Origin: an uncultured beta proteobacterium
Lineage (GTDB): Bacteria; Pseudomonadota; Gammaproteobacteria; Burkholderiales; Casimicrobiaceae
Reading direction: 5' to 3'
DNA: 64,000 nucleotides
NCBI GenBank assembly: GCA_963726915.1
Contig: CAVSEA010000010.1
Span: 31,223-95,222 of the forward strand
Each line of letters begins with the position of its first letter. The stretch's first letter is position 1. The position numbers and the translations under genes were made by a program. Under the pieces are notes generated by a model. The model was not told where the DNA came from, searched no databases, and saw only the letters and a program-made list of their open reading frames with translations. Positions 29,342 through 40,070 of this stretch are shown piece after piece.

Positions 29342-30469
29342 TCACTTGAGCTTCGGGTCGAGCGCGTCGCGCAAGGCGTCGGTGAACAGGCTGAACGCCG
29401 TCACCAGCACGGCCATCGCGGTGCCGGCCGCCGCCAGTTGCCACCATTTGCCGAGGATCAGCTCGTTCTGCGCTTCGTTGAGCATCGAGCCCCACGACAC
29501 CACGTCGACCGGAACGCCGAAGCCGAGAAACGACAGAATGACTTCGGCCTTGATGAAGCCGACAGTCAGAATCGAAAGTTGCACCAGCACCACGTGGCTG
29601 ACGTTGGGAAAGATGTGCACGAACATCCGCCGGGAATTCGACGCGCCGATCGCATCGGCGGCCTGGACGTATTCGCGCCCCTTGTGCTTCAGGTACTCGC
29701 CGCGGATCAGGCGGAAGGTGCCGGTCCATCCGGTCAGTCCGAGGATCAGGATGATGGTCAGCGTGCCCTTTTGCTGCAGGACCGCGGCGATGGCCAGGAT
29801 CAGCAGCAGCCCGGGGATGGAATTGAAGACGCTGTAGAACCAGTTGAAGGCATCGTCGATCCAGCGCCCGTAGAATCCTGCGAGCGCGCCGAACACGGTC
29901 CCGAGCAGGACCGCAACGAACGCCGAGGCGAGGCCGACGAAGATCGAGGTTTCGGATCCCTTGATCGTCTTCTTCAGGACGTCGCGACCCCACTTGTCGC
30001 CGCCGAACGGAAGTGTCTTCGCCCGCACCTCGGACGCCGCGGCCTGCGAGCTCTTGGCGCGGATTTCGGCCAACACGTCGGCGAGCGGGTCGACCACGCC
30101 CGTTCCCGTGCCCGATCCCTGCGCCTGCGACGCCGGGGCTTGGCCGCGAATTTCCGCGAGCGCGTCGGCCAGCGGATCCTTGATGTCGACGGACGTCGGC
30201 GCATCGGAAATCTTCGGCGCCGCGCGAGGCGCTTCCGCCGTTGCCGCCGCGCGCTCGATATCGTCGCCGAGGAAACTCGGCGGCGCGTAGTTGACGCCGC
30301 TCTCCACCGCCCAGTCCCTGGCGATCAGGCCGGTGGCGGAAAGCAGCATCAGCAACAGGAAGGCGACGACGATGGCCAGCGACACCATCGCCACGCGGTC
30401 GGCGCGCAGCCGCTTCCACGCCAGCGCCCACAGGCTGGGGGAAACGGTATGCGGAATGTCGTAGGGCAC
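29342..30469 (-). CDS. ABC peptide transporter permease (YejE/DppC-like) with an enlarged periplasmic loop
   Basis: GTG start 12 nt after the upstream stop. EAA-type core (YVQAADAIGASNSRRMFVHIFPN). A ~110-aa insertion after TM1 contains the duplicated DPLADxLAEIR. Confidence 0.85.
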   Translation of the reverse strand: MPYDIPHTVSPSLWALAWKRLRADRVAMVSLAIVVAFLLLMLLSATGLIARDWAVESGVNYAPPSFLGDDIERAAATAEAPRAAPKISDAPTSVDIKDPLADALAEIRGQAPASQAQGSGTGTGVVDPLADVLAEIRAKSSQAAASEVRAKTLPFGGDKWGRDVLKKTIKGSETSIFVGLASAFVAVLLGTVFGALAGFYGRWIDDAFNWFYSVFNSIPGLLLILAIAAVLQQKGTLTIILILGLTGWTGTFRLIRGEYLKHKGREYVQAADAIGASNSRRMFVHIFPNVSHVVLVQLSILTVGFIKAEVILSFLGFGVPVDVVSWGSMLNEAQNELILGKWWQLAAAGTAMAVLVTAFSLFTDALRDALDPKLK

Positions 30470-30480
30470 GCGGTATCTTT

Positions 30481-31419
30481 CTACTTGAGCTGCACGCGCG
30501 GGTCGACCGCCTTGTACGTCAGGTCGGCCAGCAGGTTGAAGATCATGGTGGCGGCGGCGGTGTAGATGGTGATCGCCTTGATCACCGGAAAGTCGCTGCG
30601 CTCGACGGCAAGGATCACCTCGCGCCCGATGCCCGGAATCGAGAAGAAGCGCTCGAGCAGGAATGCGCCGATGAGCAGGCCTGGAAGCGCCGCCATGACC
30701 TGGGTGATGATCGGGATCGACGCATTGCGCAGCACGTGCACCCACATGATCCGGTTCTCCGACACGCCCTTGGCGCGCGCGGTGCGCACATAGTCCTGGT
30801 TGATCTCGTCGAGCACGAAGGTGCGGTACAGCCGCAATTCGGGCGCGATGCTCACCACGAGCAGGATGATGATCGGCAGCGACGCGTACACGACGAGGTT
30901 CTGCCAGAAGCTGTCGCCCCAGCCCTGCACCGGGAACCAACCGAGCTTGTAGGCGAACACATACTGGAACACGATGATGTAGACCAGGATCGAGATCGAC
31001 AGACCCACGGTGCACACGATCATCACCGCGCGGTCGGTCAGCGAGCCGCGCACGTACGCGATCGCCAGCGCAAGGCCGATGGCGATCAGGTTCGAGAGGA
31101 TCAGCCACGGGATGAGCACGGTCAGCGACGGGCCGAGCCGCGTCGCCAGGATGTGCGAGACCGGTTCGTTGGTGCTCCAGCTCGCGCCGAAGTCACCGGT
31201 CAGCACCTGCTTGATGAATATCCACAGCTGGACGTGATAGGGCTGGTCGACCCCGAGCTGTCGCCGGATGTTTTCGATCTGCTCGGCGCTGGAGATCTTG
31301 CCGGCAAGCACGTACGCGGGGTCGCCACCGACCCAGTTGAAGAGGAAGAACACCAGCAGGATGACCCCGAGCATGGTCGGGACCATCTGCCACAGCCGCC
31401 GGATGATGTATGCGTACAT
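30481..31419 (-). CDS. ABC peptide transporter permease (YejB/DppB-like)
   Basis: Intact 312 aa with the motif YVRTARAKGVSENRIMWVHVLRNASIPIIT. Confidence 0.9.
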   Translation of the reverse strand: MYAYIIRRLWQMVPTMLGVILLVFFLFNWVGGDPAYVLAGKISSAEQIENIRRQLGVDQPYHVQLWIFIKQVLTGDFGASWSTNEPVSHILATRLGPSLTVLIPWLILSNLIAIGLALAIAYVRGSLTDRAVMIVCTVGLSISILVYIIVFQYVFAYKLGWFPVQGWGDSFWQNLVVYASLPIIILLVVSIAPELRLYRTFVLDEINQDYVRTARAKGVSENRIMWVHVLRNASIPIITQVMAALPGLLIGAFLLERFFSIPGIGREVILAVERSDFPVIKAITIYTAAATMIFNLLADLTYKAVDPRVQLK

Positions 31420-31490
31420 GAACTCTCCCTCCTGTCGCGTCGTCGGCTCGTGGCCTGCTGATGCCTCAGTCGCGAAGGATGCGGCGGATG

Positions 31491-33307
31491 CTACCCGCCC
31501 GGCTTCGTCGTGTCGATATCAATGTACTGCCACTCCGCGTGCAGCACGGGGTGCTTCTTGTAGCCCAGCACGCGCGATTGCACCAGCATGTTGCGGTAGC
31601 GGCTGATGTCGAGTCGCCACGGTGCGTACACTTCGATCAGGCGCGCCATCTGCCGATAGAGCTTGTCCCGCTCCGGGCCATCCTGCAGGCGTATGCTTTG
31701 CTCGTACAGGCGGTCGTACTCCGGGATCACCGCGCAGGCGTTGTTGCTCTGGTACACGTTCTTGCCGTACACGAGCTGCATGAAATTGTCGGCGTCGGGA
31801 TAGTCGGCGATCCACGACGCGGTGCGCATCTGCAGCTTGCACTGCTTCTCGAGCTTGAGCAGCTCGGGGAACTTGTCCTTCTGCACCTCCATGCGGATCG
31901 AGATCGAATCGAGTGCCTTCTTCCACATCTCGTCCTGCTGGCGCCCGAGCGAGTCGGGCCGCGACGCATAGCGAATCAGCAGCGGCTTGCCATCCGGCAG
32001 CGTGCGCCAGCCATCCTTGCCCTTCTTGTAGCCGAACTTGTCGAGCAGCGCGTTTGCTTCCGCCGGATCGTAGCTTGATGATGCCGCGGTAGCCGGGGTC
32101 GTGGCCGACAACGCCGGGCGGAATCGGATAGGTCGTCTCGACCGCCTGGCCGTTGCGCACGATGCGGATTTCCTCGTTGACGTCGTAGGCCATCGCCATC
32201 GCGCGGCGCAACGCGATCTTCTCCGTCGACAGACCGCCGACGACCGGGTCCATCAGATTCCAGTAGTGGTAGTTGATTTCGGGGTCGACGAAGCGCGACA
32301 GCTTGACCCCGCGCTGCTGCAATTCAGGCCTGAGCGTTCCGCCGTCGAGCACCTTGGGCGCGAGCGGACCTTCGAGGTTCATCAGATCCAGTTCGCCGTT
32401 CTGGAATCCAAGCAGGCGCGACTGGTCCTCTTCCATGATGCTCACTTCGACGCGGCCGACCTGAGGCATTTTCTTGCCTTTCATTTCGGCGACGATTCGC
32501 GCGTCCTCGGGGTCGCTGCCCGGCTGGAAATCCCAGACGAAGCCGCGGAATTCGGGGTTGGCTTCGAGGAAGATCTTCGACGAACGTATCCATTTCGCGA
32601 GCTTGTACGGACCGGTGCCGACGGGATTGGCCATCACCCGTCCGCCCGCGTCGGCGTACATGGCGACGACTTCGCGCGCGACTGCGCTCGTCGGTTCGTG
32701 GGCCAGCACGTACGACAGGTTGTAGTCGGGCTGCTTGAGCCGGATGCGCAGGGTGTAGCGGTCGACTTCCTCGAGTCCCGCGATCTTGGCGTCGTAGTCG
32801 AACTTGCCGGTCCGCTTCGCCTTCGCCGCGGCCTCGTCGAGGCCGACGATCTTGCCTTCGAGCAGCCAGGTCCAAGGCGAATGTATCTTCGGATCCATCA
32901 GGCGCTTGAGCGAGTAGATGTAGTCCTCGGCCACGAGCTCGCGCGGCTGGCCCTTGAACGCGGCGTCGGGCGCAAAGCGGATACCCGGCTTGAGCCGAAA
33001 CGTGTAGGTCCTGCCGTCGTCGGTGATCTGCGGCAGCGCTTCCGCCGTCTGGGGAACGAGCTTCGACGGCCGCGCCATGTAGTCGTAGGTCAGCAGCGTT
33101 TCGAAAATGGCCTGCTCGATGGTGCCCGAATACAGGTCGTGCGCGGCCTGCGGGTCGAAGCCCTCCTCGGCGGCCGGGAAGACGTAACGCACGACTTTGT
33201 TCATGTCGGCTGCGCAGGCCGGTGGCAGACACCGCGTTGAACAGCGCAGCGAGTGCAAACAACGCCAGCAGGCGCGAGACAGTGCCGCACTCGGGGAAAC
33301 GACTCAT
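31491..33307 (-). pseudogene. family-5 peptide/solute-binding protein (YejA-like), frame broken twice (about 33220 and 32076)
   Basis: The signal peptide MSRFPECGTVSRLLALFALAALFNAVSA is in one register. The body (VRYVFPAAEEGFDP...TGPYKLAKW...) is in the next. The C-terminus (SYDPAEANALLDKFGYKKG...WIADYPDADNF...) is in the third. It is a paralog of the upstream gene. Confidence 0.8.
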
Positions 33308-35118
33308 GGCTTTCGCACAGCGACGGGATCGATGTCCAGATACTCCCACGCCGAGCCGAGAATCGGGTGAAAGCGGTAGCCCTTGACCCGAGGATAGAAC
33401 AGCACGTTGCGATAGCGAGAGACTCCCATCTTCATCACGCCGTCGACTTCCAGCTGGCGAGAGAGCTGGTCGAACAACCGATCTCGCTCCGGCGAGTCCC
33501 GCATCGCTTTCATCTGCTCGTACATCCGGTCGAAAGCAGCGGATTGGTAGCACGCATGGTTGCTCTGGTGCGTATTGGGACCGTAGAAGAGCTGCATGAA
33601 GTTTTCGCCGTCGGGATAGTCCGCGCCCCAGGACGAACCCCACATCGCCAGCTGGCACGCTTCCGCCGCCTTGATGTTGTCCGAGAACGGTCCTTTGCGC
33701 GTCTCGAAGCGCAGGCCGACGCCGTCCAGCGACTTTTTCCACAATTCGTCGTACTCCCGATTCACCGCGAGGGGCTCGGACGTGAGCACGATGGTCAGGC
33801 GCTTGCCCGAGGGATCGTCGCGATACCCGTCGGCGCCTCTCTTGTAGCCGAAGCGGTCAAGCAAAGCGTTGGCAAGCGCCGGATCGTAGCGCAGCAGGCT
33901 GCGATACGACGGATTGTGGCCGACGACCCCTGCCGGCACCGGGCTCTCGTCGGCGATGGCCTGACCCTTTCGGATCACCCGGACTTCCTCCCTCGTGTCG
34001 TACGATATTGCGATGGCCCGTCGTAGTGCGATCCGTTCCTTCGATTCGCCGCCGAGGACGGGGTCCTTCATGTTGAAGAAGTAGTAGATGATTTCCGGCT
34101 CGACGCTGCGGTCCCAGCCGATACCGCGGGCGGCGAGATCCGCCGCCAGTGTGTTGTCCGGAATCGCGACAGGCGCGAACGACCCGAAGCGGTCGATGTA
34201 GTCGATCTCGCCGCGCTGGAACGCGAGCCATCGTGACTGCTCTTCCTCGATGATGCTGATTTCGATGCGTCCGATCTGCGGGATCGACTTGCCTTTCATC
34301 GCCGCGACCGCGGCCCGGTCGAGCGGGGCATCCGACGCCGCAAAGTCCCAGATCACCTTGCGATAGTCGGGATTGGCCTCGAGCACGATCTTCGCCTTGC
34401 GCACCCAGCTCGCAAGCATGTACGGACCGGTGCCGACCGGATGCGCGTTGGTATCGTCGGCATAGGTCTCGATAACCTCGCGCGCTACCGCCGACATCGC
34501 CGGCATCGCCAGGATGTAGGCGAAGTTGTAATCCGCCTCGTTCAGGCGAATGCGCAGCGTATAACGATCGACGACCTCGAGACCCTCCACCTTGGCGTCG
34601 TAGTCGAAGCGTTTGGCCGCTCCTGCATGGTTGGCGAGCACATCGAGCCCGGCGATCTTGCCATCCACCAGGAATTTCCACGGCGAGCGCAGCGCTGGAT
34701 CGACGAAGCGCTTGATCGAGTAGGCGTAGTCCGCGGCGGTCAGTTCGCGCCGCGCGCCCTTGAACGCCGGATCGGGCTGAAACAGGACACCCTTGCGCAC
34801 GCGCAGTGTGTAGGTGCGTCCGCCCTCGGTGATTTCCGGCAGCGCCTCTGCCGTCCCGGGAACCAGGCGCACCGGGCGTGCGAGGTAGTCGTAGGTCAGC
34901 AGCCGCTCGAAGACTACCTGAACGACCCCGTTCGAGTAGTTGTCGGAAACTTTTGCCGGATCGAAGCCGGTTTCACCGATTTCGAATGCAACGCGCAGGA
35001 CTTTGTTCGGGTCGGCGGTCGCGTGGCTTTGTGGCGCGATCACGCACAGCCCAAACAAGGCGATCCACACGACCAGGCCAATCGGCCTGAACCGTGTCCA
35101 CGCCGCCTCCCCATGCAT
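33304..35118 (-). CDS. family-5 peptide/solute-binding protein (YejA-like), intact
   Basis: Signal peptide, VLRVAFEIGETGFDP, TGPYMLASW and WGADYPDGENF. ATGA overlap with the downstream paralog. ATG 35154 is an alternative start. Confidence 0.85.
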   Translation of the reverse strand: MHGEAAWTRFRPIGLVVWIALFGLCVIAPQSHATADPNKVLRVAFEIGETGFDPAKVSDNYSNGVVQVVFERLLTYDYLARPVRLVPGTAEALPEITEGGRTYTLRVRKGVLFQPDPAFKGARRELTAADYAYSIKRFVDPALRSPWKFLVDGKIAGLDVLANHAGAAKRFDYDAKVEGLEVVDRYTLRIRLNEADYNFAYILAMPAMSAVAREVIETYADDTNAHPVGTGPYMLASWVRKAKIVLEANPDYRKVIWDFAASDAPLDRAAVAAMKGKSIPQIGRIEISIIEEEQSRWLAFQRGEIDYIDRFGSFAPVAIPDNTLAADLAARGIGWDRSVEPEIIYYFFNMKDPVLGGESKERIALRRAIAISYDTREEVRVIRKGQAIADESPVPAGVVGHNPSYRSLLRYDPALANALLDRFGYKRGADGYRDDPSGKRLTIVLTSEPLAVNREYDELWKKSLDGVGLRFETRKGPFSDNIKAAEACQLAMWGSSWGADYPDGENFMQLFYGPNTHQSNHACYQSAAFDRMYEQMKAMRDSPERDRLFDQLSRQLEVDGVMKMGVSRYRNVLFYPRVKGYRFHPILGSAWEYLDIDPVAVRKP

Positions 35119-35241
35119 CGCAAGCCCTCCCGCAAAGCGCGCGTACTGTACCATCCTCCGCCTGTTCTCCAACGCGCCCATGATCACCCGCATGTCCATT
35201 GCATTGTCTCGCGCCACACGGCGCCGATTCCCAGAAACCGC

Positions 35242-35883
35242 ATGAAGCCGCCATACTGGGATGAAGCGGTCCGCACGCTCGCCCGGCGCGACCGCGTGCT
35301 CGCACGCCTGATTCGCGCCTATCCCGGGATTCATCTCAACCGCCGCAGCGATCCGTTCACGACGCTGGCGCGCGCGATCGTCGGCCAGCAGATCTCGGTC
35401 AAGGCGGCGGACAGCATATGGCGCAGATTCGTCGCCGTCGTTGACACCGCGCCGGCGGGCGGGTTCCCCTGCCTCGCGCCGGAGCGGGTCGCCGCAGCGC
35501 CGATGCCTGCGTTGCGTATTTGCGGTTTGTCGCAGCGCAAGGCCGAATACCTGACCGATCTTGCGCGTCATTTCGTCACGGGCCGCCTCGACCCGAAAAA
35601 TTGGCGGCAACTCGACGACGAAGCGCTGATCGCCGCGCTGGTCGACGTCAAGGGTATCGGCCGCTGGACCGCGGAAATGTTTCTCATGTTCCACGAGCTG
35701 CGACCGGACATCCTGCCCGTCGACGACATCGGCCTGCAACGCGCGCTCGCCATGCACTTCAACCACGGCGAACGCCTGCCGCGCGACGCGATGTTTGCGG
35801 CGGCAGACCTGTGGCGGCCCTGGCGCTCGGTGGCGACCTGGTATTTGTGGCGCAGTCTCGACCCCATACCGGTCGAATACTGA
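35242..35883 (+). CDS. DNA-3-methyladenine glycosylase II (HhH-GPD, AlkA-like)
   Basis: Helix-hairpin-helix motif LVDVKGIGRWTAEMFLMF and the catalytic Asp region ILPVDDIGLQRA. Confidence 0.85.
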   Translation: MKPPYWDEAVRTLARRDRVLARLIRAYPGIHLNRRSDPFTTLARAIVGQQISVKAADSIWRRFVAVVDTAPAGGFPCLAPERVAAAPMPALRICGLSQRKAEYLTDLARHFVTGRLDPKNWRQLDDEALIAALVDVKGIGRWTAEMFLMFHELRPDILPVDDIGLQRALAMHFNHGERLPRDAMFAAADLWRPWRSVATWYLWRSLDPIPVEY

Positions 35884-36908
35884 GTTCCATCATCGACACG
35901 CCTGGCAACACACCCTACGCCGGACTCACGCCCGATTGCGTGCTCGACGCCCTCGGCAGCGTCGGCCTGAACGGCGACGGCCGCCTGCTCACGCTCAACA
36001 GCTACGAAAACCGCGTGTATCAGGTGTGGCTCGACGAATCGGCGGCAGCGGCGTCGCCGCAGCCGTCAGCGGTCGTCGCCAAGTTCTATCGTCCGGCGCG
36101 ATGGACCGACGCCCAGATTCTCGAGGAGCATGCATTCGCGCGCGAACTCGCGGAACGCGAGATTCCCGTCGTCGCGCCGATGCCGTTCGATAATGGCGGC
36201 ACGCTGGCCACCTTCGGCGGATTTCGCTTCGCCGTCTACGCCAAGCACGGCGGTCGCGCGCCCGAACTCGAGGACCGATCGACACTGGAATGGCTCGGTC
36301 GTTTCATCGGCCGCATCCATGCAGTAGGCGCGATCGAGCCCTTCCGCCATCGACCGACACTCGACATCGCCAGCTTCGGCGAAGAACCGCGCGACTATTT
36401 GTTGTCTCATAACTTCGTTCCCGCCGATCTGTTGCCGGCATGGACCAGCACCGTCGCCCAGGCGCTCGCAGGTGTCCAGCGCAGCATCGAACGCGCCGGT
36501 GACGTGGCGACGCAGCGCCTGCACGGCGACTGCCACGCCGGCAACATCCTCTGGACACCGGCGGGGCCGCATTTCGTCGACTTCGACGACTGCCGGATGG
36601 GTCCCGCGGTGCAGGACCTTTGGATGCTGCTTTCCGGGGATCGCGCCGAGGCGCAACAGCAGTTGCGCGCGCTGCTGCGCGGTTACGAGGACTTTTGCGA
36701 ATTCGACGACCGCCAGCTGCAGCTCGTGGAAGCGTTGCGCACGCTGCGCCTGATTCATTATTCCGCGTGGCTGGCGCGCCGTTGGGACGATCCGGCGTTC
36801 CCGGCGGCGTTTCCGTGGTTCAACACCCAGCGCTACTGGCAGGACCGGGTGCTCGAACTGCGCGAGCAGATCTCGGCGATGGACGAACCGGCACTGGTCG
36901 CGCAGTGA
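35847..36908 (+). CDS. srkA: stress response serine/threonine kinase SrkA (YihE/RdoA)
   Basis: LNSYENRVYQV, catalytic LHGDCHAGNILW and DFDDCRMGPAVQDLWM. The start is uncertain: the only canonical in-frame start is GTG 35847, which overlaps the upstream gene by 37 nt. Confidence 0.8.
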   Translation: MAQSRPHTGRILSSIIDTPGNTPYAGLTPDCVLDALGSVGLNGDGRLLTLNSYENRVYQVWLDESAAAASPQPSAVVAKFYRPARWTDAQILEEHAFARELAEREIPVVAPMPFDNGGTLATFGGFRFAVYAKHGGRAPELEDRSTLEWLGRFIGRIHAVGAIEPFRHRPTLDIASFGEEPRDYLLSHNFVPADLLPAWTSTVAQALAGVQRSIERAGDVATQRLHGDCHAGNILWTPAGPHFVDFDDCRMGPAVQDLWMLLSGDRAEAQQQLRALLRGYEDFCEFDDRQLQLVEALRTLRLIHYSAWLARRWDDPAFPAAFPWFNTQRYWQDRVLELREQISAMDEPALVAQ

Positions 36909-36963
36909 GCTGGTCCGGACTTCCGATGGTCGCCGCTGCGGTTCCTCCGGCGGCACGCATCGT

Positions 36964-37656
36964 TCAGGACCGGAGTTCCTGCAACACGCCGTCGACCAGG
37001 TGCAGCGTTCGATCGGTGCGCGCCGCGAGTTCGGGGTCGTGCGTCACGATCACCAGGCTGGTTCCGACACTGCGATTGAGCTCCAGCATCAGGTCGAACA
37101 CCTGGCCTGCCGTGCGCCGATCGAGGTTCCCCGTCGGCTCGTCGGCGAGCACGCACGCGGGCTCGGTCACCAACGCGCGTGCGAGCGCGACGCGCTGACG
37201 TTCGCCTCCCGACAGTTCGCCAGGACGATGCAGCGCTCGCGGCGCCAGGCCGACCCGATCGAGCAACGCCTGCGCGCGAGTTCGCGCGACATCGTGGTTC
37301 TCGCGCCGGATGTACAGCGGCATGGCAACGTTTTCCAGCGCCGTGAATTCCGGCAGGAGGTGATGGAACTGGTAGATGAAGCCGAGCGCGCGGTTGCGCA
37401 CCCTTCCCCGTTCCGCTTCGCTCAGGCTCGCCATCGCGGCGCCCTGCACGCGCACCTCGCCGGAGGACGGCGCATCGAGCCCGCCCAGCAGATGCAGCAG
37501 CGTGCTCTTGCCTGAGCCCGACGCGCCGACGACGGCTACACGCTCGCCAACGCGAACGGCAAGGTCGACCCCGAGCAGCACCGGCACGTCGAGCGGACCA
37601 CTGCGGTATGTTTTGGTCAGCCCAAGGCACGCAAGGACCGGCACGCCGTCATTCAT
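36964..37656 (-). CDS. lolD: lipoprotein-releasing ABC transporter ATPase LolD
   Basis: [27 protein letters not shown] and [14 protein letters not shown]-type overlap with the upstream permease. Confidence 0.9.
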   Translation of the reverse strand: MNDGVPVLACLGLTKTYRSGPLDVPVLLGVDLAVRVGERVAVVGASGSGKSTLLHLLGGLDAPSSGEVRVQGAAMASLSEAERGRVRNRALGFIYQFHHLLPEFTALENVAMPLYIRRENHDVARTRAQALLDRVGLAPRALHRPGELSGGERQRVALARALVTEPACVLADEPTGNLDRRTAGQVFDLMLELNRSVGTSLVIVTHDPELAARTDRTLHLVDGVLQELRS

Positions 37657-38902
37657 AGCGCAGCGCCTCCGCCGGGTTGACCTTGGACGCGCGCCAGCTC
37701 GGATAGATCGTCGCCAGCAACGCAAGCGTCAACGCGATCGCGGCGATGAGCGTGATGTCGCCGCGCTGCAGATCCGACGGCAGCTCGCTGATGTAGTAGA
37801 CGCTCTTGTCCAGGAATTGCATGTGAAACGTGCGCTCGATGAACGGCACGACCGTATCGATGTTGAGGGCGAGCAAGATGCCCCCGACCACGCCGATCAG
37901 CGTACCGATCATCCCGACCAACGCACCCTGGATCACGAAGATGGTCATGATGCTCGCCGGCGACGCGCCCTGCGTGCGCAGGATCGCGATGTCGGCCTGC
38001 TTGTCGGTGACCACCATGACTTGCGCCGAAACGATGTTGAACGCGGCGACCGCGACGATCAGCGTAAGAATGATGAACATGACGCGCTTTTCGATCGCCA
38101 CGGCACGAAAAAAGTTGGCGTGGTCGAGCGTCCAGTCGCGCACTTCGGTGTCGACCGGCAGCGTCCTGAACAACTCGCGCGCGACCGTGGGTGCCGCGAA
38201 CATGTCGTCGAGCTTAAGCCGCACGCCGGTCACCGCATCGCCGGTGCGGTAGAGTTTTTGCGCGTCGCTGAGGTCGATCAGCGCGAGTCCGCTGTCGAAT
38301 TCGAACATCCCGATCTCGAACACGCCGACCAGCTTGAAGCTCTTCACTCGTGGCAGCGTCCCCGCAGGCGTCACGGTCCCCTGCGGCGTGATTACGACGA
38401 CCGTATCGCCGACCCGCACGCCGAGCGCACGCGCCAGTTCGGATCCAAGCACGATGCCGAATGCTCCAGGCTTGAGGTCCGCCAGTGATCCCGCGCGCAT
38501 ATGCTTGCCGACATCGGCGACCGTGTCCTCGAGCGCCGGATCGATGCCACGCACGAGCGCCCCGCGATTGGCGCCGCTCGCCGACAACATCGCCTGCCCG
38601 GAGACGAACGGCGCGGCGCCGCGAACGTGCGCATTGGCCTTGGCCTGCCGCGCGACATCCTGCCAGTCGCCGATGCCTGGGCCGATGGCGCGGATCTCGA
38701 TGTGCGAGGCCACCGCGAGAATACGGCTGCGCAATTCCTCCTGGAAGCCGTTCATCACCGAAATCACCACGATCAAGGCAGCGACGCCGAGCGCGATGCC
38801 GGCCATCGAGACCGCAGCGATGAACGAGACGAAGCCATTGCGGCTCGAGCCGCGGCGCGCGCGGAAATAGCGCAGGCCGACCAGGAGTTCGTAGGGGATC
38901 AA
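37649..38902 (-). CDS. lipoprotein-releasing ABC transporter permease (LolC/E family)
   Basis: 417 aa with MacB-like periplasmic domain and FtsX layout. It ends ...[18 protein letters not shown]. Confidence 0.9.
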   Translation of the reverse strand: MIPYELLVGLRYFRARRGSSRNGFVSFIAAVSMAGIALGVAALIVVISVMNGFQEELRSRILAVASHIEIRAIGPGIGDWQDVARQAKANAHVRGAAPFVSGQAMLSASGANRGALVRGIDPALEDTVADVGKHMRAGSLADLKPGAFGIVLGSELARALGVRVGDTVVVITPQGTVTPAGTLPRVKSFKLVGVFEIGMFEFDSGLALIDLSDAQKLYRTGDAVTGVRLKLDDMFAAPTVARELFRTLPVDTEVRDWTLDHANFFRAVAIEKRVMFIILTLIVAVAAFNIVSAQVMVVTDKQADIAILRTQGASPASIMTIFVIQGALVGMIGTLIGVVGGILLALNIDTVVPFIERTFHMQFLDKSVYYISELPSDLQRGDITLIAAIALTLALLATIYPSWRASKVNPAEALRYE

Positions 38903-39010
38903 GCGGGACCGTGTGTAAGTGCGATGCCGCGCCAGTTTGCCATAAGAAGATGCGGCGCTGTAGCCACCTGTGCGACTTCGGCCCGCGTGCTAGACTTTGC
39001 GCCCTACCTG

Positions 39011-40070
39011 ATGCAACTCACGCTCGTCGTCTCCGGATTGCTGGACCTGCCCGCCGCGGTGCTCTCCGGCATCGATGCAGGCGCGCCTGCCCTGACGCGG
39101 CTGCTCGCCGCGGCTGGAGCGCCGATGATCGAGCGCGAGGGAGGCGTTGCGCTGACCTGCGCCGCACTCGGGATCGCGAAGCAACACGATTGGCCGGTTG
39201 CGCCATACCTCGCGCTCGCGAGCGGCCTCGATGCAGCCACACCCTACTGGCTGTGTGCGGAACCGGCGACCTTCGAGGTCGGTCGCGGCGATGTGCGGAT
39301 GGCCGGAACAGTAAGCGATCTGCAACGCTCCGAGGCCACGTCGTTGCTGTCGACGTTGAACGCCCACTTCGCCGCCGACGGCTTGCGCTTCGACGCGCCC
39401 GACCCTGCGCATTGGCTGATCGGCGCACGATCCGCGCAATCGTTGACGACGTTGTCGCCCGATCGGGCCATCGGCAGACCGCTGCTGGGCCACCTGCCGG
39501 AAGGCGCCGACGCCGAGCGCTGGCGCAGTTGGCAGAACGAGATTCAGATGCTGCTCTTCGAGCATCCGGTCAACGTCGATCGCGAAGCCGCCGGACGGGC
39601 GGTGGTCAACAGCGTTTGGCTGTGGGGTGGCGGTACACGCGTCGCGACCACGACGCAGCCGCGGATCGCGAGCGCTCCATGCCGACACGTGGATGCCGCG
39701 CGAACTTGCGCGCGCGACCGGCGTCGCCTGCGCGCCTGTCCCGGCGTCGCTTGACGCGCTGCTCGACCAGTCTTCGCAATCGCCGGCACTGGTCTGGCTG
39801 GAAGCGCCAGTCGGCGCGGACCCGCAACTTCTAGCGACCTGGCTTGCAGCGCTCGAGCGCGATTGGGCTGCTCCGGCGCGAGGCGCATTTCACAACGGCA
39901 CCATTCGCAGCCTCGACATCGACCTGGTCGGTCGGTCGATTGCACTGCGCTATGGCGCCAAACGGCTGTCGCTGGCGCGGCGGCTGCGCACCTGGCGCTC
40001 GGCACCACGGCTTTCCACGCTGGTCGCGCGCGACCTCGGGAGTTTCGCGGAGTCCGCATGGAAATCGTGA
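39011..40070 (+). pseudogene. conserved hypothetical protein upstream of recJ, frame broken once (about 39671)
   Basis: Both halves show strong coding bias and join sensibly (...VNSVWLWGGGTRVATTTQPRIA / ALHADTWMPRELARATG...). Length is 3n+1. No motif recognised. Confidence 0.5.

Noticed and set aside
27618-30431. A 937-aa ORF that would make one giant ABC protein.
   Set aside because: Only the C-terminal ~570 aa (from ATG 29336/29309) has ATPase motifs. The N-terminal part is an out-of-frame shadow over the permease gene, which reads cleanly in its own frame.
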